A DNA stretch of 63,794 nucleotides, counting the filler, from an uncultured Gemmatimonadota bacterium (GTDB lineage Bacteria; GCA-2686955): NCBI GenBank assembly GCA_964490075.1. It is 8 parts of 8 records of this genome, joined end to end, with 100 filler letters (N's around TTAATTAATTAA, not from the genome) between each part and the next. Parts side by side here need not be neighbours in the genome. Positions count along the whole stretch, not along the records: positions 10,116 to 19,676 come from CAZBBK010000106.1; positions 19,777 to 29,318 come from CAZBBK010000107.1; 6 more parts are not named here. One strand, given 5' to 3'. The position numbers were made by a program, and so were the translations under genes. Within the stretch, counting starts at the first letter, position 1. Every line of letters begins with the position of its first letter. A model generated the notes under the pieces. That model had not been told where the DNA came from. It ran no database searches and saw nothing but the letters and a program-made list of their open reading frames with translations. Shown piece after piece: positions 12,063 to 21,392 of the stretch.

Positions 12063-14636
12063 TCAGTCGCGGACACCTTCCAGCGCGCCGCGGACCGCGC
12101 GCAGCAGCTGGCCGGCGCCGTAGGGCTTGGGCAGGAAGGGGTAGGCGCGGCGCTCGATCTCCGGCCAGCCGAGCTTGTCGTCGACATAGCCGCTCGACAG
12201 CAGGACCGGCAGACCGGGCCGGCTGGTGCGCAGGCGTTCGACCAGGTCGAGTCCACTGCCGTCGGCCAGGATCACGTCGCTGAGCACCAGGTCGATCTCG
12301 GAGCGCAGCTCGGCGAAGAGCTGCTCCGCCCCCGCCGCGCTGACCGCCTCGAAGACCTGGTAGCCGTTGTCGCCCAACACTCGCGACGCGGTCTCACGCA
12401 CGTCGGATTGGTCTTCGACAAGCAGGATGCACTCGCCCTTGCCGCGCAGGTCGCCGAGCGGCCCCTCCGCGGCCGGCGCGCTTTGCGGCTCCGCCGCCAT
12501 GCCGGGCAGCACGATCTCGAAGGTCGACCCGTGTCCGGGAGAGCTGGTGGCCGTCATCGATCCCCCGTGCTCTTTCACGATTCCGTAGGCCACCGACAGG
12601 CCCAGCCCGGTGCCCTTCTCCATCCCCTTGGTGGTGAAATAGGGCTCGAAGATGCGCGCCAGGGTCTCTTCGTCCATGCCGATTCCGGCGTCCTGGACGG
12701 TCAATCGGACGGCCGGCCCCGCCTCTCCCGCGGGCGCGACGTTGGCGGTCCGGATGTCGATGCGCCCACCTTTCGGCATCGCATCCCGGGCGTTGATGGC
12801 GAGGTTCATGACTACCTGCTCGATCTGGCCCCGGTCGGCGCGAACCGCGATCAGATCGTCGGCAGGGTGGAGGACGATCTCGATGTCCTCGCCGATCAGT
12901 CTTCGCAGCAGCCCCTGCATGGCGCCGAGGAGCTGGTTGAGATCGAGAGCCTGTCCGATCACCATCTGCTTGCGGCTGAAGGTCAGGAGCTGGCGGGTCA
13001 GCTCCGCGGCCCGACCGCTGGCGGCGGCGATCGACTCGATATCGCGCCGCGGCCCCTCCTGCCCCTCGAGCCCCCCCGTCAGGAGCTCGCAGTAGCACGA
13101 GATCACGGTCATCAGGTTGTTGAAATCGTGGGCCAATCCCCCCGCCAGGGTGCCGACCGCCTCCATCTTCTGGGCGTGGCGAAGCTGTCGCTCTTTCTCG
13201 CGCAGGCCCTCCTCGGCACTGCGGCGGCGGGTGATGTCGCGCACTTGCAGCAGCACGGCCGGCTTGCCGGAGTATTTGATCAGGCGCGTTCTGAGCTCCA
13301 CCGGAATCGGCCCGCGGTTGGCGGTGAAGCTGAATCCTTCGAGGCCGTCGAGCTCGCCGGTGACCAGCTTGGGGAAGTCGCGGGCGACTTCGTCGCGTTG
13401 CTCCGGCGGAACCAGCTCCAAGACGTGCTTGCCGATCAGCTGCTCGCGCTCCAGTGCGTGCAGCTCGCAGGCCGCCGGGTTGACGTCCAGAACGTTGCCT
13501 TCGGTGTCTTCCACGAAGACCGCGTCGGGGGAGCAATCGAAGAGCATCCGAAAGCGCGCTTCGCTCTCGCGCAGGGAATCGACGGCCTGATGCTGGGCGG
13601 TGACGTCGCGGATGATGAACAACACTTCGTCGGTGCCGCTGGGCACCGCGCGCACCTCGAAGAAGTGTGGTTTGCCATGCGGGTAGGGCAGCGGCAGCTG
13701 CCACTCGAAGTCCGAGTTTTGGCCGCTGTTCGAGGCGCGCTCCAGGTGCTCGCCGATCGCCTTGGCCAGGTCGGCGGGCAGCAGGTCGGCGACGGAGTTT
13801 CCGAGCAGCCCCTGCTCCGGCAGGAAGGTGTTTCGTTCGGCGCCGTCCTTGTAGGCCAGCAGCGTGCCGTCTTTGTGGACGTGGAAGAGCATGTCGGGAA
13901 TGGCGTCGAGCAGCGACAGGTACTTGGCGCTGATCTCCTTGAGGTCGCTGGCCAGGCGCCGGCGCGCGGCGCTCTGCTCCTCGAGCAGCAGATGGGTGCG
14001 CGCCAATTCGTTCTTGCCGGCGTCGAGCTGCTCCGGCGGCTCCTGGTCGCCGGCACCAGGCGCGCTCTTGGCCGCGATCCGTCGCTCGGCTCGACGCGCC
14101 CTTGCCCCGCGCACGCTCAGGATCGGAGCGATGTCGGCGGCGATGGTCTCCAGCAGCCGCAGGTCGTCTTCGTCGTAGTCGCTCGACTTGTTGGCGACGA
14201 TGATGACGGCGACCAGCTGGTCGCGGTAGCGGACGGGGGCGGCCAGCGCGGCCGGAGCGGAGTCGGAAATGTCGGGCGCACGCTCGCCCATGGCGGCTCG
14301 GCAGGGGATCGCGCCGCGCCGTGCCCGGTTCCAATGGTCGATCCATGCCGCGCGTGGGAAGGCCGCGCTCTCGCCGGGCAGAGGGCGCGCGTGCGCGTGG
14401 GCGGGCGGGCCGGAGGGGTCGGCCGGTTGGCCATCGGTGCCCGGGCGCCCGAGCACGGCGTGGTCGCTGCGCAGCGCGTCGCGAATGACGTCGAGGGCCA
14501 GGAAGTAGGCATCATCGCCCGGATGGGTCAGGAAGATCTGGGCGAGCCGGTAGCGCAGCGGCTTGGTGCGCGGAGCATCGGCGGGCTCCGCGGTGCCGGA
14601 CGATTGCCGCCGCGGCTCCATCGGCGATTGGCCCAT
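12063..14636 (-). CDS. Hybrid sensor histidine kinase (GAF-like, 2 PAS, HisKA, HATPase, receiver)
   Basis: [10 protein letters not shown]-box, [29 protein letters not shown] and receiver ILLVED...SDV...LPKP. ATG 14636 is preceded by AAGGAG. Confidence 0.92.
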   Translation of the reverse strand: MGQSPMEPRRQSSGTAEPADAPRTKPLRYRLAQIFLTHPGDDAYFLALDVIRDALRSDHAVLGRPGTDGQPADPSGPPAHAHARPLPGESAAFPRAAWIDHWNRARRGAIPCRAAMGERAPDISDSAPAALAAPVRYRDQLVAVIIVANKSSDYDEDDLRLLETIAADIAPILSVRGARARRAERRIAAKSAPGAGDQEPPEQLDAGKNELARTHLLLEEQSAARRRLASDLKEISAKYLSLLDAIPDMLFHVHKDGTLLAYKDGAERNTFLPEQGLLGNSVADLLPADLAKAIGEHLERASNSGQNSDFEWQLPLPYPHGKPHFFEVRAVPSGTDEVLFIIRDVTAQHQAVDSLRESEARFRMLFDCSPDAVFVEDTEGNVLDVNPAACELHALEREQLIGKHVLELVPPEQRDEVARDFPKLVTGELDGLEGFSFTANRGPIPVELRTRLIKYSGKPAVLLQVRDITRRRSAEEGLREKERQLRHAQKMEAVGTLAGGLAHDFNNLMTVISCYCELLTGGLEGQEGPRRDIESIAAASGRAAELTRQLLTFSRKQMVIGQALDLNQLLGAMQGLLRRLIGEDIEIVLHPADDLIAVRADRGQIEQVVMNLAINARDAMPKGGRIDIRTANVAPAGEAGPAVRLTVQDAGIGMDEETLARIFEPYFTTKGMEKGTGLGLSVAYGIVKEHGGSMTATSSPGHGSTFEIVLPGMAAEPQSAPAAEGPLGDLRGKGECILLVEDQSDVRETASRVLGDNGYQVFEAVSAAGAEQLFAELRSEIDLVLSDVILADGSGLDLVERLRTSRPGLPVLLSSGYVDDKLGWPEIERRAYPFLPKPYGAGQLLRAVRGALEGVRD

Positions 14637-14730
14637 CGGGTCGCCGCTCCTTGGTTCGGATGGGGGGGGGCGTTTCTGCGCGGACCCCAAGGATGGCACA
14701 GCGGCTGCTCGTTGTCACCGGAGGGGAGAG

Positions 14731-15294
14731 CTACGGTTGCGAGCGGCGGTAGCGCGTTTCGACCGCTTTCGCCTCGGCGCCGTCGGGCTTGATGTTGTAG
14801 GCGGTGATGACCAGCAAGCTATCGCCGGCGAGCTCGTAGACCGTCTTCCAGCCCCACGGCGGGCTCTTCGGGCCGACGTCATAGCTGCCGCTGACGACAA
14901 AACCTCGCTCGGTCTCGCGGCCCTTCGAGAACATGATGCCGTAGCTCATGTGAAAGTCGTCCACCCAGGCGGTCTCGAATGTTCCGCTCACCGAGTTGAA
15001 GGCGATGATCTCCTCTCCGGACCGGGGGCGGCCCTGGATCGTCCCGGCGTAGGTGTGGCGCAGGAATCGCCCGCCGAGCATCGGTTGGATCTCGCCCTTG
15101 ATCGGGGACTGGTCGGCCAGCTCGTCGGGTCGGAACCAGGTGCTGCAGGAGCCCTCCCAGGATCCGACGGCCCGGGTCATGAACGCGGGACGCCGGGGTT
15201 CGGTGGATGCGTCGGCGGGGTCCGCGGCTCGAGCCCGCGGCGCTGGACCGGCGGCGCAGCACAGGGCGAAGCCGGCGAGTGCGAGTGTTCTCAT
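14731..15294 (-). CDS. Secreted DUF1579-family protein
   Basis: Signal peptide; VGSWEG..TWF, MLGGRFL and WVDDFHM motifs; ATGA overlap with the upstream peptidase stop. Confidence 0.8.
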   Translation of the reverse strand: MRTLALAGFALCCAAGPAPRARAADPADASTEPRRPAFMTRAVGSWEGSCSTWFRPDELADQSPIKGEIQPMLGGRFLRHTYAGTIQGRPRSGEEIIAFNSVSGTFETAWVDDFHMSYGIMFSKGRETERGFVVSGSYDVGPKSPPWGWKTVYELAGDSLLVITAYNIKPDGAEAKAVETRYRRSQP

Positions 15295-17360
15295 GGGCGA
15301 GTCTCCCGGCCGGCGAGCGCCGGCAGCAGCTTCATGCTCCGCAGCATGGCGTCCGGATCGGGGTCGTGGCCGCGGAATTCGCGGTAGAGGGTGAGGGGAT
15401 CTTTGGTGTTGCCTCTTTCGAGCAGCTCGCGGCGAAACCTGGTCGCGACTTCGGGATCGACGATCCGGCTCTCGGTGAAGAGCTCGAAGGCGTCGGCGCT
15501 GAGCGTTTCCGCCCAACGGTAGCCGTAGAAGCCGGCGGCGTAGCCACCGCCGAAAAGGTGCCGGAAGGAGACCGAGGCGTTGGTTCCCGGCGTCGGTTCG
15601 AGCAGTCGGGTCGCGGAGGTGACCTCGTTCTCATAGGCTCCGATGTCGGTCACGCCGCTCGGATCGCGCGCGAACCAAGCCCAGTCGAGATCGATCATGC
15701 GCAGACCGCCCAGCAGCTCCCAGCCGGCAAGGAAACCCTCGGAGCGTTTCAGTGCGTCGATCAGGGCCGCCGGGATCGACGCACCGCTCTCGTGGTGGCG
15801 CGCGAAACGGTCGAGCACCTCTTTCTCGGTGACCCAGTTCTCCATGAGCTGCGAGGGAAGCTCGACGAAGTCGCGGTAGACATGGCAGCTATTGAGGCTG
15901 CGGTAACGCGCGCGAGAGAGCAGGGCGTGAACCGCGTGGCCCATCTCGTGAAACAGTGTCTTGACCTCGCGGATGCTGAGCAGCGAGGGCCGGGTCGGAG
16001 TCGAGGGTGCGAGGTTCGCGGTGACCGACACCAGCGGGCGCTGATCTCGTTGCTGGTGGGATCCCTGGCAGCGGTAGCAGCTTTTCCAGGCGCCGCCCAT
16101 CTTGCCTTTGCGAGAGAGCAGATCGAGGTAGAGCAGACCGAGGAAGGCGCCATCCTCGTCGGCCACCTCGTAGCCCCGAACATCGTCGTGATAGACCGGT
16201 ATGTCGCCGCCGGCGGCGAAGCGCAGGCCGAAGAGCTCGCCGAGCAGATCGATGACACCCGCGACCACGTCCTCGGTCCGCAGGTAGGGTCGCAGCAGCT
16301 CGCCGTCGAAGTCGAACTTCGCCTGCTTGAGCTTCTCCACGTAGTAGGAGACATCCCAGGGGCGCAGCTCGTCGATCCCGTCCAGCTCGCGGGCGGTCCG
16401 CCGCACTTCGACCAGATCGGCCCGAGCGGCGGGAAGGGCCACCTGGTAGAGCCGGTCGCGGAAACGCTGCACGCTCTCCGGGGAGCCCGCCATGCGCTCC
16501 TCGAGCTGGTGGGCGGCATGGCTCGGGTAGCCGAGCAGGCGCGCCCGCTCGTGGCTCAGGCTGGCGATCCCCTTGACGGTCTCGGAGTTGTCGAACTCGC
16601 CGCCGTAGGCGATCGCGCCCCAGGCGCGCGCCATCCGTTCGCGCAGCGACCTGTCGCTCGCGTACTTGACCACCTGCGATACCCAGGGCATCTGCAGGGT
16701 CAGAGTCCATCCGCCTTGGCGGTTCCGGTCGCGGGCATTGTGCGCGGCGACCTCCAGGACCGCGTCCGGCAGTCCGGTCAGCTCGGTCTCGTCTTCAGTG
16801 TGGTACTCGAAGGCCTCGGTGGCGCGCGCCAGGTTGCGCGTGAACTCCGCGCGCAGGCGGCTCAGCTCCAGGTCGATCTCCTGGATCCGCTCCCTCTCGC
16901 GCGAGTCGAGCAGCGCTCCGTTGCGCACGAATCGCCGGTGAGTCAGCTCGACCAGACGCAGATCCTGAGCGTCCAGCCCGAGCTCGTGGCGGCTGCGGGA
17001 CACCTCGTCGACGCGGGCGAAGAGCGTCGGATCGAGGTCGACCGAACGCCGGAAGGTCTCGCAACGGGCGCCGATCTCCTCGGCCAGGGCGTGGAACTCG
17101 TCGTTGGAGTCGGCGCCGCGCAGGCCGTAGTAGATCGACGCGACGCGGTCGATGCCCTGTCCTAACTCCTCCAGGGCGACGATTGTGTTGGCGAAGCTCG
17201 GTGGGGAGGGATGGGAGCGGATCGCCTCGAGCTCGGTTTCGGCCTCTTCGATCGCGGCGCGGATCGCCGGCAGGAATTGGTCGCGCTCGATGGAATCGAA
17301 GGGGATGGCGTCATGGCGCCAGGGGGAGGGCTGGAGCAGGGGGTTGGGGGTGGTCGGCAT
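15291..17360 (-). CDS. M3 family metallopeptidase (peptidyl-dipeptidase Dcp / oligopeptidase A type)
   Basis: NPLL N-terminus, KMGGAW, LFHEMGHAVH zinc motif, DFVELPSQLMENW and YAAGFYGYRWAE. Confidence 0.92.
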   Translation of the reverse strand: MPTTPNPLLQPSPWRHDAIPFDSIERDQFLPAIRAAIEEAETELEAIRSHPSPPSFANTIVALEELGQGIDRVASIYYGLRGADSNDEFHALAEEIGARCETFRRSVDLDPTLFARVDEVSRSRHELGLDAQDLRLVELTHRRFVRNGALLDSRERERIQEIDLELSRLRAEFTRNLARATEAFEYHTEDETELTGLPDAVLEVAAHNARDRNRQGGWTLTLQMPWVSQVVKYASDRSLRERMARAWGAIAYGGEFDNSETVKGIASLSHERARLLGYPSHAAHQLEERMAGSPESVQRFRDRLYQVALPAARADLVEVRRTARELDGIDELRPWDVSYYVEKLKQAKFDFDGELLRPYLRTEDVVAGVIDLLGELFGLRFAAGGDIPVYHDDVRGYEVADEDGAFLGLLYLDLLSRKGKMGGAWKSCYRCQGSHQQRDQRPLVSVTANLAPSTPTRPSLLSIREVKTLFHEMGHAVHALLSRARYRSLNSCHVYRDFVELPSQLMENWVTEKEVLDRFARHHESGASIPAALIDALKRSEGFLAGWELLGGLRMIDLDWAWFARDPSGVTDIGAYENEVTSATRLLEPTPGTNASVSFRHLFGGGYAAGFYGYRWAETLSADAFELFTESRIVDPEVATRFRRELLERGNTKDPLTLYREFRGHDPDPDAMLRSMKLLPALAGRETRP

Positions 17361-17532
17361 CTTCCTCGGGCTCTCGGGTGGGGCTACGTTTGGAGAGATG
17401 TAGCCTGGACGGGCGCACTGTGTCCAGAAGCTTGTGGGCTTCATGATCGGTCATCTGGATTGTGGAAGGCAGTGCACCGCCGGCATCGATCGGCAAGACG
17501 TGCCTCGAGGGGAGCGGGGCGCTCAGCCGTAG

Positions 17533-18013
17533 TCACTCGATCGAGGGCCCCCGAGATTCCTCCAGGCCGAGCAGGAAGCGCCAGGCCGGCAACACCTCGA
17601 TGACTCCAGCGTCAACTGTCACCAACTCCTCCTGGCCGCGCGTCACGATGGAGGCCGAGGGCACTCCGTGTTCGGTCATCGCGTCGGCGAGAGCCGTGAC
17701 CTCTCGTCTTCGGGTTCTTGGGTCGGCCAACGATTCGCATACCTGGACCAAGAGATGGGGAGAGCCTCGCCTCGGTACGACGAAATCGACTTTTTGGCCG
17801 CTCCGCCAGATCCATCACCGCTCTCGGGTGGGGCATATCATGACGTTCGACCAGGTCGCGGAACAGAATTGCATGAAGATACTCTTGGTGGATCTTGACC
17901 CGCAGGTGGCCGTCCAGCCCCGCGACCTCGGGGAATCCCCCGGCTTCCCAGGCTCTGCCTCGCATCTGTGTTGCGATCTCCTTGGAGAGCATTCGCGCGG
18001 AAGAGCCGGTCAG
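17533..18013 (-). pseudogene. Remnant of an AAA_14/DUF4143 ATP-binding protein gene with internal deletions
   Basis: Blocks LTGSSARMLSKEIATQMRGR, GGFPEV...ILFRDLVERH, and (in another frame) KVDFV...LVQVCESL...REVTAL...VLPAWRFLL. Walker A/B and most of DUF4143 are missing. Confidence 0.75.
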
Positions 18014-18148
18014 GCGGCATCTGTGGTGCCCAGTTAGGCATGGAATCGGTAAGAGTTGTTATCGATCTTTGCCGTGTCTTGTCAATAGGTGTGAGGGAAC
18101 AGCCTCGCAGACGTAGGCATTCCGGTCTCAGGGAGAGTCCAGAGTCAC

Positions 18149-19620
18149 CTATTCGTGGCCGACAGCCGGGAGCCGTGGCAGCGGCGCTGCACCGGTGGTA
18201 TCGCCTGGCCAGGGCACCACCGAGGTGGGGAGGGTGTGGTCGACGAACCAGCCGAAGCCGAAGGGGCCTCCGATCAAGATGTGGCGCTCCCTCGCCGCCA
18301 GCGTCCAGGTTCCCGCGAAAAGCTGATGCCTCGCGACCTCGCGCAGGGCGCCGCCGGCGTCGATGCGCAAGACGTGGAGCGAGGGGAGCGGGTCTTCCAT
18401 CACAACGGGCGCCGTATAGAGCCAGTCGCCGTCCACAGTCATCTGCTGATACTGGCCCTCTCCCTCCTCGAGGATCATCTTGTGGACCACGCGCGGCGTC
18501 TCCGGCTTCGAGAAGTCGATCGACCAGAGCTCGTCGCTGTCGTTGCGTGGGAGGGCGAAAACGAACGATCCCTTCGCCGCGCACCCGCCCCAGAGCGACA
18601 CATCTTCGATCGTGTCTCTGAAGACCAGCGTGGGCGAAGCGGGATCGCTGACCTCCACGACACGGACCGTGCTGCTCAAGGCCACGACGAACTTGCGCCC
18701 TCCCGCCTCGATAAGGGCATAGCATGGCGGGCTGAAGAGCCCTGTGAAGGGCAGGTAGGCCAAGGGGACTGGTGAAGCGGGATTGCTGAGATCGAAGATC
18801 TGGAGGCCATCCCCGATGGCATAGAGCGTCGATCCATCCAGCAGGAGATTCGAGACAAAAGGCTCCGTGACCAACGAATCCACGAGATTCGGACTGGACC
18901 ACTGCTCCACGTTCCAGATTTGCATTCGGCCGGGAATTCCCGCGCAAGGCTTGGTGTACGCGTAGCCGTCATCCTGGTGGGCAGCCACGGAGCAGGCTCG
19001 CGGTCCGCCAGGCCCCGACCAGGACCAACGCGGACGGTCGAGATCCGCCGCGTCCACCACCGCGATGCCCCCCTGCGAATAGCCACCCGCGAGGTACACA
19101 CGCTCCAAGGTTCGGAACGAGCCATCCAGAGCCGGAGTGAAGCTCTCCCGCTCCGGCTCCCGCCACTGCAAGACCGGCGCGCTCGGCAGCGACACATCGA
19201 CGGTGTACGCTCCCTCCTCTCCCGCGGCGACCAGGATCGCATCGCGCGCGGGGTCGAATAGAAGCGTCGCGGGCGGCTCCCGGAATGTCGATCGCCGCAA
19301 GCGTTGCCAGGGAAGGCCGGTCCCGCCAATCCAGCACGTGGAGAGAATCGCCGAGGGCGAAGACGACGTTGGGACCCGCCTCCAGGTTGGTGGCGGCGGT
19401 CGCCACGCTGCCGAGCGGGATGGGGGAGGCGGGAGCGGAGATATCGAAGAGGGAGATCGAGTCTCCGCTGATCGCCGCCACGTAGGGCGGGACGTGGGCC
19501 AGATCCTGGACCGACTCCTCGACCTCGATCGTTCCGATGACGGCGATCGAGTCGCGGATGGTGGGGTCGATGATCGCGACCGAGCGGCCGAGGGCGAACA
19601 GGAGACCACCGCTTTTGCCG
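18149..19620 (-). pseudogene. LVIVD-repeat beta-propeller protein, frameshifted near 19280 and 5'-truncated
   Basis: Repeats ISLFDISAPASP, AYTVDVSLPSAP, LQIFDLSNPASP and VVEVSDPASP are split over two frames; the 5' end abuts the 26-bp putative IS end. Confidence 0.65.
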
Positions 19621-19621
19621 A

Positions 19622-19676
19622 AAAGGGCTATCCACTTTACTCTCGTGCATCTTCGGCGTAGGATCCGCCAAATGGA
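19622..19676 (+). mobile_element. Putative insertion-sequence terminus (contig ends inside it)
   Basis: AAAGGGCTATCCACTTTACTCTCGTG (19622-19647) is identical to 45077-45102. Confidence 0.6.
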
Positions 19677-19776
19677 NNNNNNNNNNNNNNNNNNNNNNNN
19701 NNNNNNNNNNNNNNNNNNNNTTAATTAATTAANNNNNNNNNNNNNNNNNNNNNNNNNNNNNNNNNNNNNNNNNNNN
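19677..19776. other. Artificial contig spacer
   Basis: N run + TTAATTAATTAA + N run. Confidence 0.99.
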
Positions 19777-19826
19777 GGCTCTGGGCGCGGAGCTGAGCTT
19801 GGTGTCGGGGCCGGGCGCGGGCGCGG
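19777..19826 (+). repeat. Partial copy (distal end) of palindromic repeat module A
   Basis: GGCTCTGGGCGCGGAGCTGAGCTTGGTGTCGGGGCCGGGCGCGGGCGCGG matches 45449-45483 and the reverse complement of 58045-58094. Confidence 0.75.
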
Positions 19827-19903
19827 AGCCGCGCCCCTTCCGTAGGCAGACTCAGCCTTCGATCCGCGCGTCGACACCTGGTAGCGAGTCCGGGATCGGC
19901 GAA

Positions 19904-20337
19904 TCAGGGCGCGAGGAGCCACTTCCAGTTGCCCGGCCCGCCGTAGGCGCCCATATCCGATCGCGGGGCGTTCGGAAACCACGCCGGCCAACGCGGATGC
20001 CAGTCTGAGATGCCGTCCTCGATCGCCGGATCGCCGCTGTCGACGCAGGGGGAGTCGGGGGCGAGCAGGTAGTCGAAGCCGCCGTAGGAAGTGAAGAGGG
20101 GATCGGCGTCGATGTTGCCTTCGCCGGCGTAGCCGCCCTCCACGTCGCAGGAGGTCATGTTGCCGTACAGGTGCCCACCCACCTGATCCGGTTCGTTGCC
20201 CCAAAGCACGCAGTTGAAGACCTCGTTGCCGTAGTACAGAGTGCGAATTCCGCCGCCTTCGACACCCGCTTCGTTCTTGGTGATCGTACAGTTGGTCAGT
20301 GTCGAGCTCGAGACGGTGGAGAGCCCCGCTCCGCGAG
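19904..20337 (-). pseudogene. C-terminal fragment of a parallel beta-helix (PbH1) secreted protein
   Basis: Frame reads RGAGL...TLTNCTITKNEAGVEGGGI...NCVLWGN...GNIDADPLF...SPCVDSGDP...SDMGAYGGPG; no credible N-terminus. Confidence 0.7.
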
Positions 20338-21375
20338 CAGGCGGGGGACGCCGGGGGAGCCGTAGCGCGGGGGCATGATCTCGAGTTGGGTGCCCACGGC
20401 GTTGACGATCAGGTCGTTCGCGATGAGTGCGAGGTCGCCGAAGGGTGGAGTCGCGGCCGCGGTGACGGGGGTGCCGATGACGAGATCGGCGGGAGCTTCG
20501 GGGAGGAAGCAGTCGATCTCGTGTTGCAGAATGGGGTCGCTGATCGCTGCGGCATCAACGCGAACGGCGAGCACTTGCCGAGCTCCGAGGGGAAGAACGC
20601 GACCCTCGGGTCCATTGAAGGGGCCGGGGTACGACTCGTAGAGAAGCTCGCCCATGGCGATGCTCCGACCAGGTCCGAGGACACGGCGCACGAGAAAGCG
20701 ACCGGGGCCACGATAGCGCGTGCTCCCTTCGCCGACGTAGGGCAGCGAGTCGTCGAAGTCGCTCCAGGCCGCGCCGATCGATGTCTCCAGGTCGGTCCCG
20801 ACCGGCGCGTCCGGAACCCTGACGAAGGGGGAGAGGCTCGCCAGGCCGAGGCGCGCGACCCGGCCCGACACCACCTGACCGGCCTCCATGCCGCCCATGG
20901 CGATCAGCGCGTCGCCGCAAGGGACCAAGGCGCGATGGTCCATGGTCGCGACGCTCTGCGCTTCGGTGCGCTCCCAAAGATCGGTGCGCAGGTTGTAAGC
21001 GAAGGTCTCACCATCCGGCTCCGAGGGATTGCGGTCGTAGCCGATGCCGTCGAAGTTGTATGGATCGTCGCTGCCGCCGCTGAAGTAGATGCGTCCGTCC
21101 CAGGCGCCGGCGGCCATGCGGTACTTGGGCGGACCGGGATGGGGCGCCAGCTCACGCCAGTCGATCGTAGTGGGATCGGTCGGGTCGATGATGCCACGGT
21201 AGCCGGCCGTGCTCATTACGAAGCGCAGCCCCGCAACCCTGACGCCGTCGGCGTAGACCAAGGTGTCGCCCCAGATCGCGCCGCCATGACCGAAAACGCC
21301 CGGACCGGGGATCGGCGTCGCCGCCAGCCAGGCATCGTGGACGGTGTCGTAGACCCGGTCCTGACTGGAGCTCAT
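20296..21375 (-). CDS. Kelch-repeat protein, apparently truncated or chimeric
   Basis: Kelch blades VYDTVHDAW..ATPIP..VFGHGG, IYFSGG, FAYNLRTDLW and LIAMGG; no signal peptide or first blades. Confidence 0.55.
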   Translation of the reverse strand: MSSSQDRVYDTVHDAWLAATPIPGPGVFGHGGAIWGDTLVYADGVRVAGLRFVMSTAGYRGIIDPTDPTTIDWRELAPHPGPPKYRMAAGAWDGRIYFSGGSDDPYNFDGIGYDRNPSEPDGETFAYNLRTDLWERTEAQSVATMDHRALVPCGDALIAMGGMEAGQVVSGRVARLGLASLSPFVRVPDAPVGTDLETSIGAAWSDFDDSLPYVGEGSTRYRGPGRFLVRRVLGPGRSIAMGELLYESYPGPFNGPEGRVLPLGARQVLAVRVDAAAISDPILQHEIDCFLPEAPADLVIGTPVTAAATPPFGDLALIANDLIVNAVGTQLEIMPPRYGSPGVPRLLAERGSPPSRARH

Positions 21376-21392
21376 TGAAGGTCGATGGTGCG

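Noticed and set aside
14694-14709. Sigma-54-like TGGCAC-N5-CTGCT site
   Set aside because: It fits GG-N10-GC but lies on the + strand, pointing antisense into the DUF1579 gene with no downstream sense gene.
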